Below are positions 1 to 7,042 of a stretch of DNA of 19,319 nucleotides, piece after piece. The first letter of the stretch is position 1. Every line of letters starts with the position of its first letter. The notes under the pieces are model-generated. The model ran no database searches and was not told where the DNA came from. It saw only the letters and a program-made list of their open reading frames with translations. Origin of the DNA: a bacterium. GTDB lineage: Bacteria; Sysuimicrobiota; Sysuimicrobiia; Sysuimicrobiales; Humicultoraceae. Made by a program: the position numbers and the translations under genes. The stretch is taken from assembly GCA_041497675.1 (NCBI GenBank), contig JBGQGY010000074.1, forward strand, positions 1 to 19,319. Reading direction: 5' to 3'.

Positions 1-1
1 G

Positions 2-490
2 ACCGCGGCAGGCATCCCCCCCGTTCCCCTGAGCCTTCCCGATCTGATTGTCAGCAAGTTCGAGTTGCTGGACTCTCCCAAGATCAAGGACGACCACGTT
101 GAGATTGCCGTCGCCGTTGGCGTCAAGAACCAGGGCACCGGGCAGGCGGGCCCATTCGACGTCGAGATCGAGTATTCGTATGTGGTACCCGTGCCAAACG
201 GGACTTCGACCCAGGGCAGAAGACCCGGGGCCGATCGCGTCTTGGGTTCGTACAGTATTCCATTCACGGCCGGCAGCGCAGGGTGGGGCCCGCTGGCCCC
301 AGGGCAGGTCGCGTACCATAAGGGATTTCTCGTGTTCCCCGCGACGGTGCGTCACGTCACCGTACTGTTGCAGGCCGTTGCCGACGCTTGTCACACGGGC
401 CCAGCGATCAGCGGAGTCAGAGATTGCAGGGTGAAGGAGAGCAACGAGACCAACAATACCTCTGCACGGCTCTCAGTACCGTTTCCGTAG
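2..490 (+). CDS. CARDB-like Ig-fold domain protein, 5'-truncated by the window edge
   Basis: Frame is open from base 2 (TAAGIPPVPLSLPDLIVSKF...). Motifs PDLIV, VKNQGTGQAGPFDV, LAPGQ and C-terminal VKESNETNN are typical of CARDB domains. TAG stop at 488-490. Confidence 0.75.
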   Translation, partial: TAAGIPPVPLSLPDLIVSKFELLDSPKIKDDHVEIAVAVGVKNQGTGQAGPFDVEIEYSYVVPVPNGTSTQGRRPGADRVLGSYSIPFTAGSAGWGPLAPGQVAYHKGFLVFPATVRHVTVLLQAVADACHTGPAISGVRDCRVKESNETNNTSARLSVPFP

Positions 491-510
491 GCGCGCGCGA
501 GGGAGGGGCG

Positions 511-1068
511 ATGATGAATAGGCAGCTGAACGGTCGGCGCCTGATCCTCGGGGCGGCGGCTGCGGTTCTGCTACTCGTGTGGGGGGCGCGCGCTGCACTC
601 CCGGCAAGCGGGGGACCGGTTGTGCCCGTTGGTCCCGCGGCCGCTGTTCGTCCAGTGGTCAACCTGCTCAGAGGAGGCGTGTCGTGCTACCCTGAGGCAG
701 CCCGCCTGGTCATCCGGTCACAACAGGCATGGCTCGATCTCCTGGATGCCCATTTGGGGCGACCGCATCCGTCAAACCTGTACATGCCCTGCTTTCTGGA
801 CGCCGGAAGTCTCGGGTTGGCGTATCAAGAGGACATCGATTTCTCTGGGTTTGTAGTGGTCGTGATCTTCAGTGGCCCAGGCGGTCGCCCCCCTGTCATC
901 ACGCGGATTCTTCGCGATAGAGGTGGCGACGTCGTCCACTACGTCCTGGAGAGCAACCCCGCGCCCGCCGACATGCGCCCTCATCACTTCGTTCGAACAC
1001 GTCAATTGGGCGCCACAGTGGGCTTTGTCATTGATGACCAACGGCAGCCACGCGTTCCGACCCGATAA
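511..1068 (+). CDS. Secreted protein, PrcB C-terminal-like domain (paralogue 1)
   Basis: GGGAGGGG SD just before ATG 511, preferred over the TTG at 388. Signal peptide RRLILGAAAAVLLLVWGARA. Motifs VIRSQQAW, IDFSGFVVVVIFSG, ITRI, PHHFVRT resemble PrcB_C. Confidence 0.65.
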   Translation: MMNRQLNGRRLILGAAAAVLLLVWGARAALPASGGPVVPVGPAAAVRPVVNLLRGGVSCYPEAARLVIRSQQAWLDLLDAHLGRPHPSNLYMPCFLDAGSLGLAYQEDIDFSGFVVVVIFSGPGGRPPVITRILRDRGGDVVHYVLESNPAPADMRPHHFVRTRQLGATVGFVIDDQRQPRVPTR

Positions 1069-1079
1069 GGAGGGAGCAG

Positions 1080-1577
1080 ATGCCTCGAATCGTATGCATC
1101 GCCGGCACAGCGCTGGTCGTCGCGATCATGCTCGTCCCTCCGGGGATCCAACCGGCCGGCGGTCAAGCGCTCCCGTCTGGCCCTTCATTCGTCCCATTGC
1201 AATTTGGAACTCTCTTCGCGGGTGACCGGTCGTGTTACCCGGGCCCTGCACGCGTCGTCGCTCGCAACTGGCAAGAATGGACGCTCTTGCAACTGGCTCA
1301 CACGAAGTTCCCGGCCTGCCGGCCGCTGATGTGGTCTGGCTACCACTTCAACTTTGAACTGGTCAGTGTGGTCGCCGTCTTTGCCGGCAGGGGTGGGCGG
1401 ACTCCCGTCATCACGCAGGTCCTTCATGGGCTCGTGGAGGACGCCGTGGTCTATTCGCTGAAGGAGGCGCCTGAAAGCCCCGACATGCAGCCATATCACA
1501 TAGTCAGGACCGAAGCGCTGCAGCCAACGGTTCGCTTCTACGACCAGGATGCCCGGCCGATGCCTTCCCGTCCGTAG
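1080..1577 (+). CDS. Secreted protein, PrcB C-terminal-like domain (paralogue 2)
   Basis: AAGGAGG SD and hydrophobic N-terminus. Aligns by eye with 511..1068 (SCYP.xARxV, VVAVFAGRGGRTPVITQV, DMQPYHIVRT). Confidence 0.68.
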   Translation: MPRIVCIAGTALVVAIMLVPPGIQPAGGQALPSGPSFVPLQFGTLFAGDRSCYPGPARVVARNWQEWTLLQLAHTKFPACRPLMWSGYHFNFELVSVVAVFAGRGGRTPVITQVLHGLVEDAVVYSLKEAPESPDMQPYHIVRTEALQPTVRFYDQDARPMPSRP

Positions 1578-1721
1578 ACCCACGTGATGAAACTTTGAGC
1601 GCGGAGGAGGGTTCTATGACCCCGCCGAACCGGAAGGCACAGGCGATACGGCGCCTTCCCCGGCGATTAAGGTGGGCCGGGGCCGGCGCCGACCGACTGG
1701 ATCGACCTCAGGTGTGGTCGG

Positions 1722-4700
1722 ATGCGTGTCCGTCCACGGTCGCCAGAGCAGGTCAGCGGGACAGATCAGGGGACGACGCTCCGCGTCTGGCTCCTGGGAG
1801 CTTTTCGCGTGGCCGTCGGCTCGCGGATCATCGACGATTCGGCCTGGCGTCTTCGGAAAGCGCGCGACCTCATCAAGCTGCTGGCGCTCGCACCCGGGCA
1901 TCGGCTCCATCGCGAGCGGGTGATAGAGGCGCTGTGGTCCGGCGTTGACCTGGCTGCTGCCGGGAACAGCCTGTATCAGATCCTCCACTTCGCCCGCCAC
2001 ACGCTCCAGCCCAACCTTCCGCGCCGGAAGAGTCCCGCATACCTTCGCCTTCACGATGACATCATTGTCTTGGGGCCGTCCGGACAGGTGCATGTGGACG
2101 TCACCGACTTTGAAGCGGCGGCCTCGGCGGCCAGAATCACGAAGGGCCGCTCCGCCTATCGGGCCGCGCTCGACCTCTATGCCGGCGACCTGCTGCCGGA
2201 TGACGTCTACGACGAGTGGGCCGCGGCGCGGAGAGACGGCCTGCAGCAGCTCCGGCAGGCCCTGCGGCTCGAACTCGCTGGGTCTCACGAAGAACACGAG
2301 GAGTTCGACCAGGCGCTGACAGTCCTGGGAGACGTGCTCGAGCAAGATCCTCTCAGCGAGGAGGCTCATGCCAGGCTGATGCGCCTCCACGCGCTGTCAG
2401 GCGACCGCCACAAAGCCCTGGGCCAGTACGAGCGGTTGCAAGAAGTGCTTGCGAGGGAACTGGGCGTCAAGCCCGACAGCACCACGCAGGGCCTGTACGA
2501 GGACATCAAAACCGGCCGGTTCTCAGACCGTGCAGCGGATGTCGGGCAGCTGGAGGACGCCGCGACGGACGCGGTCTATCGCAAACGACTCTCCCGGGCC
2601 CGTACGCCAGCGTCGAAGCGGGCCATGGAGACACTTCCCGGCAATCTGCCGACGCCGCTCACCTCGTTCGTGGGGCGGGAGACAGAGGTGGCGGATGTCA
2701 AAGCCGGATTATCCCGGGCCAGGCTGGTGACCTTGCTTGGCCCCGGCGGGTCGGGAAAAACGCGCCTTGCCCTGCGCGTTGCCGCCGAGGTGACTCCCGA
2801 GTTTCCTGAAGGCGTCTGGTTCATCGACCTCGCTCCGCTGACGGATCCGTCGCTCATCCCGCGTGCCGTGGCCACGGTTCTCGGCGTCAAGGAGCAGTCG
2901 AGGCGGCCGCTGGTGGACACGCTCGTCGAGTCCCTCAAGCCTCAACGCGTGCTGCTCATCCTCGATAACTGTGAGCACCTGACGCAGTCATGCGCGGATC
3001 TCTGCATCGCGCTCCTGCAGGCCTGTCCCGAGCTTCGGCTGCTGACCACGACCCGCGAGGCCCTGAAAGTCCATGGCGAGATGAAGTGGTCGGTGCCGCC
3101 GCTTGCCCTTCCGGAGAAACCGGCGCGGCCCTCTCTCGATAAACTGTCTCAGTACGACGCCGTGCAGTTGTTCGTGGAGCGCGCCCGCCTCAGCCGTCCC
3201 GCGTTTCGCCTGACCGAGACGAACGCCGCGCCGACGCTGGAGATCTGCCGTCGACTCGACGGTCTGCCGCTGGCGATCGAACTCACCGCCGCGCGTCTGA
3301 ACGTGCTGTCGTTGGAGGAGATCGTCAACCGCCTGTCCGCCAGCCTTCGCCTCCTCACCGTTGACGAGCGGGGCGTCCCCGACCGGCATCGGACGGCGCA
3401 CTCGGCCATTGACTGGAGCTACCACCTGCTTGAGCGTCCCGAGCAAACCTTGCTCAATCGAATGTCGGTGTTCTCCGGAAGCTTCAACATGGAGGCAGTT
3501 GAGCAGGTGTGTGTGGACCAGGGAGACCGGGCTGGCGACGTGCTGGATCTCTTGTCCCGCCTGGTCGACAAGTCCATGCTGCTCGTCGACGAAGCTAGGG
3601 ACGGCTCGGTACGGTATCGCTTGCTGGAGATCATCCGCGAATACGGTGGGGAGCAGCTGACCGCGTCGGGAGAATCCGAACCGATCCGACACCGTCACGC
3701 GCGTTTCTTCGCCGACCTCGCCGCGCGGTTCGACCCCATGCTCCAGGAAGAGGATCGAGGGACGCGATGGGGCGCTCTAGCCATCGAGGACGACAATCTG
3801 CGGGCCGCCGTGCGGCGGGCGATCGATGCCCAGGATGCGGACACCGCGCTGCGGTTGGGCCAGGTCCTCGGCTACTTGTGGATCGATCAAGGGTACTTTG
3901 TTGAAGGCTTGAGATTGCTCCTGGAGATCCTGGCGCTCCCGGAAGCCCAAGAACCGACCCTCGCGCGTAGCAGGACTCTCCGCCCGGCGGGAAGCTTGGC
4001 ATGGGCTCAGGGCGATTTCAAGGTCGCCACGTCGATCAGTGAAGAAATCCTTGCGATTGCCACGCACCATGACGACCAGCAGGGATGTGGCCAAGCCCTC
4101 AGTACTCTTGGCCTCATTGCGCGGGCGCAGGGTGACCATGCGACCGCCCACGCCAGGTACAAGGAAAGCCTAGCAAAATATGAGGCACTGAACGATGACG
4201 CCGGCGTTGCGATGGTCCTAAATAACCTCGGGTACCTATCGCTGGCACGGGGAGACACTGCCACGGCCGGTACGTTCTTCGAGAGGAAACTTGAGATCGA
4301 GCGTGCCCGTGGGAGCAATCGAGGTGTGGCCTATGCGCTCAATGGGCTCGGTATTGTGGCAGAGTATCAGGACGATTTCACGAGAGCCCAACGCGCGTTC
4401 GAGGAGGCGCTTGCGCTGCGGCGTGAGATGGGTGACAAGGCGGGCGTGGCCGCGACGTTGACCGACCTTGGGCAATTGACCCAGAAACGGGGTGAGGCGG
4501 CAGCCGCTCGCGGTTTGTTCGAAGAGGGTCTCGCAATACGCCGGGAGATTGGCGACCGGCCTGGTGTTGCCGATTCGCTCGGCGGGCTGGGGATGCTGGC
4601 CGTGAAGCAGGGCGACTATGCTGCGGCTCGTACCAGTCTCGTGGAGAGAATAATGATACTTCGCGATTTGGGCGCACCTCACGGTGTCATCCGTGCCCTG

Positions 4701-4982
4701 GACGACTTCGCCGTTCTGGCGGCGGTCCAGTACAACCACCACCGCGCCATCCGCTTGGCCGCCAGTGCCTCAGCGCTCCGCGAGAAATTCGGGGCGGCTC
4801 CTCGAGACGCGAAGCGGACCGACCTTGACCGGAGACTGAAAGTTGCGCAGGGCGCCGTGGGAGACGACAACAATGCGATCGCCCGAGCCCAGGGGGAGCA
4901 GATGACCCTTGAGCAGGCGATCGAATTTGCGATTGCTGCCACTGAGGCCGTATCCTCCGGCACGGAGTGGCGCCGCGCCTGA
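1722..4982 (+). CDS. AfsR/SARP-family STAND transcriptional regulator (winged HTH + BTAD + NB-ARC ATPase + TPR)
   Basis: N-terminal LLGAFRV...KARDLIKLLAL...IEALW; BTAD (VDVTDFE, YAGDLL, DPLSEEAHARLMRL...ALGQYERLQEVLARELGVKP); NLPTPLTSFVGRE; Walker A GPGGSGKT; Walker B LLILDNCEH; GLPLAIEL; ~40-aa TPR-like repeats. No C-terminal LuxR HTH. AGGTG SD 7 nt upstream. Confidence 0.93.
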   Translation: MRVRPRSPEQVSGTDQGTTLRVWLLGAFRVAVGSRIIDDSAWRLRKARDLIKLLALAPGHRLHRERVIEALWSGVDLAAAGNSLYQILHFARHTLQPNLPRRKSPAYLRLHDDIIVLGPSGQVHVDVTDFEAAASAARITKGRSAYRAALDLYAGDLLPDDVYDEWAAARRDGLQQLRQALRLELAGSHEEHEEFDQALTVLGDVLEQDPLSEEAHARLMRLHALSGDRHKALGQYERLQEVLARELGVKPDSTTQGLYEDIKTGRFSDRAADVGQLEDAATDAVYRKRLSRARTPASKRAMETLPGNLPTPLTSFVGRETEVADVKAGLSRARLVTLLGPGGSGKTRLALRVAAEVTPEFPEGVWFIDLAPLTDPSLIPRAVATVLGVKEQSRRPLVDTLVESLKPQRVLLILDNCEHLTQSCADLCIALLQACPELRLLTTTREALKVHGEMKWSVPPLALPEKPARPSLDKLSQYDAVQLFVERARLSRPAFRLTETNAAPTLEICRRLDGLPLAIELTAARLNVLSLEEIVNRLSASLRLLTVDERGVPDRHRTAHSAIDWSYHLLERPEQTLLNRMSVFSGSFNMEAVEQVCVDQGDRAGDVLDLLSRLVDKSMLLVDEARDGSVRYRLLEIIREYGGEQLTASGESEPIRHRHARFFADLAARFDPMLQEEDRGTRWGALAIEDDNLRAAVRRAIDAQDADTALRLGQVLGYLWIDQGYFVEGLRLLLEILALPEAQEPTLARSRTLRPAGSLAWAQGDFKVATSISEEILAIATHHDDQQGCGQALSTLGLIARAQGDHATAHARYKESLAKYEALNDDAGVAMVLNNLGYLSLARGDTATAGTFFERKLEIERARGSNRGVAYALNGLGIVAEYQDDFTRAQRAFEEALALRREMGDKAGVAATLTDLGQLTQKRGEAAAARGLFEEGLAIRREIGDRPGVADSLGGLGMLAVKQGDYAAARTSLVERIMILRDLGAPHGVIRALDDFAVLAAVQYNHHRAIRLAASASALREKFGAAPRDAKRTDLDRRLKVAQGAVGDDNNAIARAQGEQMTLEQAIEFAIAATEAVSSGTEWRRA

Positions 4983-5003
4983 CAGGGGCCTCGTCGGACT
5001 CTC

Positions 5004-5035
5004 ATAAGACCCGAATAAGACGGCCCTGCTACCCT
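5004..5035 (+). promoter_or_regulatory. Putative SARP-type operator (ATAAGAC x2, 11-bp period) plus -10 element TACCCT
   Basis: ATAAGAC at 5004-5010 and 5015-5021, TACCCT at 5030-5035 with an 8-nt gap, degenerate third copy GTCGGAC at 4993-4999. Confidence 0.6.
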
Positions 5036-5067
5036 CACTGCAGCAGTTCACAGAGGGGGTGGAGGGA

Positions 5068-5538
5068 ATGCGTCACGCAAAGGCAGTCGTGTTGGGGGCC
5101 GTACTGGGCACACTGCTTCTGGCCGGTCCGGCGCGGCCGCAGGCGCGCTGGCAGGCCGATATGAGAATCCAGTCCGTGACCGTCGTAGAAAGCCGTGCGC
5201 CCGCCGCCGATAGGACGGGTGGGCGGCTGACGGCGACGGTGGTCGTTCACAGCGCCAACGATGACGATGCGCAGAACCCCACCCTCATCGTCCTGCTGCC
5301 CGTCGGCGTCCGGTACATGACTTCCAGCGCGGGGTGCGTCGCCAGTGTCACCTCGTCGACGACACAGGCGACCGCCACCTGCAGGCTCACCACGATGGCC
5401 GTCGGCGCGACGCGCACCGTCTCGGTGACCACGACGGTGCCGCCGAGTGGATTCCCGAAGAAGTTTGGCGCCTTCGTCTGGAGCCTGACCCCCGACCCCG
5501 ATCCCGCCAACAACTACGGGGAAGGGACCGCGCCATAG
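5068..5538 (+). CDS. Secreted DUF11-like Ig-fold protein
   Basis: GGAGGG SD region before ATG 5068. Signal peptide MRHAKAVVLGAVLGTLLLAGPA. Motifs ADMRI, LTATVVV, LPVGVRY, C...TCRL, MAVGATRTVSVT and TPDPDPANN match the DUF11 pattern. Confidence 0.75.
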   Translation: MRHAKAVVLGAVLGTLLLAGPARPQARWQADMRIQSVTVVESRAPAADRTGGRLTATVVVHSANDDDAQNPTLIVLLPVGVRYMTSSAGCVASVTSSTTQATATCRLTTMAVGATRTVSVTTTVPPSGFPKKFGAFVWSLTPDPDPANNYGEGTAP

Positions 5539-6029
5539 TGAGGATATTGCTTGTTGCGGCCACTTCCGCAATTGTCATAGCCGTCCTCGTCGCGCCGTCG
5601 GATCGTGTGATTGCGCAGGGCCAGACGGTCGCTCAGGCGCGTACCAGGCCGCTCATCAGCTTCGTGACACTGGCCAAGGGTCAGGGAGTATGTGGCGGAA
5701 GCTTCCTCGAGGAGACGGTGATCTACGAGTCAAGTGCATGGGCGTTCATGCTAAACTACCGGTTTGGAAACACGCCTGATCCGAACTATCGGCCCGCCTG
5801 CTACCGCGCCGTGCCCGCGGTCGATTTTAGGTACGAGATGGTCGTCGCGGTCTTCTCGGAGTTTGGGCTGGCCAATTCACTCACAATTACACGAATTGAG
5901 CGGGCTCGAGGGGGCATCGTCCTCTATTCTCTGGGGAGGCTGCCGCCTTTACCGAAAGTTCCAACCGTGGCCTTCCACGTCGTGAAGACAGGACGCTCGG
6001 ACATAATTTCTACCTTCGCCAGGGAGTAG
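5538..6029 (+). CDS. Secreted protein, PrcB C-terminal-like domain (paralogue 3)
   Basis: GTG at 5538 overlaps the upstream TAG (TAGTG). Signal peptide RILLVAATSAIVIAVLVA. Motifs FVTLAKG, VPAVDFRYEMVVAVF, ITRIE, AFHVVKT. Confidence 0.68.
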   Translation: MRILLVAATSAIVIAVLVAPSDRVIAQGQTVAQARTRPLISFVTLAKGQGVCGGSFLEETVIYESSAWAFMLNYRFGNTPDPNYRPACYRAVPAVDFRYEMVVAVFSEFGLANSLTITRIERARGGIVLYSLGRLPPLPKVPTVAFHVVKTGRSDIISTFARE

Positions 6030-6078
6030 CGGAAAGATTCCAGTGGGGAACGCCCGTCGTTTCCGGGGAGGTGCTGGG

Positions 6079-6084
6079 TATAAT
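6079..6084 (+). promoter_or_regulatory. Consensus -10 (TATAAT), probably driving a leaderless transcript
   Basis: Perfect TATAAT in a GC-rich context, 7 nt before ATG 6092. No clear -35. Confidence 0.55.
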
Positions 6085-6091
6085 CGAATCG

Positions 6092-7033
6092 ATGCCGCGC
6101 CGGACCGCCCTAGCCGGATTCCTGAGCCTGCTGCTGACCATCGGAGCTCAGGCCGCAGGCCCCCAGGCGTTCCCGGCTCTGTCGAGCGTAGCGGTGAAGG
6201 CGATCGTGGTCGAGCGCCCGCCGGGCCCCGACTTCTACGGCCGCAACGTACTGGGCGCTATCGGTCCCGATGACGTACGCAGCATCGGAAGTACCGCCGC
6301 GATCATGACCGCGGTGCTGGCCATCGAGTGCGCGGCAACCCCCACTCCCAGCTGGTGCCGTAGGGGCACGAAGCTCGACGCCGCAGTCAGGGTGGGGGCG
6401 TTCCGCCGGACCGACTCGCTGCCGGAGCTTCTGGCCGAGGGGGAGATCTTGTCCCTGCTCGACCTGGTGTATCTGATGCTGCTGCAGTCGTGGATTGATG
6501 CCGCGCGAACCATCGCCGAACATCTGATCAACTGCCAGGGGCAGGGGTGGAGCACGTCCGAGGCCTCGGCGGCGGTCTGCATCCGGGCCTTCGCGGATAC
6601 CATGATGAAAGAGCGCGCGTACACGGTTGGGATCAGCAGCAGGACGGTGTTTCGCGGGCCGACCGGTGATTCGGATTCTACCCCTCGTGACCTCGCGATT
6701 CTTGCCGACCATGCCTTGAAGAACCCCACCTTTGCGACGATCGTCGGCGCCTCGCAGCGCCAGGTGCGCTGGCTCACCCCGGCCGGCAAGACGCGGACCC
6801 TCCAAAACGCGCTGCAGCATCTCGACTATCCGGCCAACGCGGCGCGGAGCGTGGGCGTGAGTGGGGTGAAGGGCGGTAGCAGCCCCGACGCCGGGTGGAA
6901 CCTGGTGACCAGCGCCGTCCGCTCCGGAAGGTCGGTCATCACGGTCGTGATGGGTGAGCAGACCCGCGAAGCCACGTACGTTGACACCGAGAAGCTCCTG
7001 GAGTTCGGATTCGCCTTCCTGCGCGCGCGATAG
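6092..7033 (+). CDS. D-alanyl-D-alanine carboxypeptidase (peptidase S11)-like secreted protein with degenerate active site
   Basis: Signal peptide; AIVVE...G.VL; SIGSTAAIMTAVLAIE; LLDLVYLMLLQSWIDAARTIAEH; STPRDLAILADHAL; GVKGGSSPDAGWNLVTSA; VITVVMG...KLLEFGF. Alternative start GTG 6071. Confidence 0.82.
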   Translation: MPRRTALAGFLSLLLTIGAQAAGPQAFPALSSVAVKAIVVERPPGPDFYGRNVLGAIGPDDVRSIGSTAAIMTAVLAIECAATPTPSWCRRGTKLDAAVRVGAFRRTDSLPELLAEGEILSLLDLVYLMLLQSWIDAARTIAEHLINCQGQGWSTSEASAAVCIRAFADTMMKERAYTVGISSRTVFRGPTGDSDSTPRDLAILADHALKNPTFATIVGASQRQVRWLTPAGKTRTLQNALQHLDYPANAARSVGVSGVKGGSSPDAGWNLVTSAVRSGRSVITVVMGEQTREATYVDTEKLLEFGFAFLRAR

Positions 7034-7042
7034 CCGTGCCCG

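Noticed and set aside
511..560. Twin-arginine (Tat) signals in GRRLIL, and PRRTAL at 6092
   Set aside because: Poor match to S/T-R-R-x-F-L-K, and RR is common in GC-rich n-regions. Cannot be separated from Sec signals by eye.
1722..4982. STAND NTPase as an Avs-type anti-phage system
   Set aside because: The N-terminus is a DNA-binding HTH-BTAD rather than a nuclease, TIR or SIR2 effector, consistent with a transcriptional activator.
5004..5021. Direct repeat as a CRISPR remnant or target-site duplication
   Set aside because: Only 7 bp with a 4-nt spacer, and no cas, transposase or integrase genes in the window. An operator fits better.
5334..5537. Upstream extension of ORF 5334..6029 (likewise 388..510 and 8110..8142)
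   Set aside because: These overlap neighbouring genes or promoters. Downstream starts give proper signal peptides or SD sequences.
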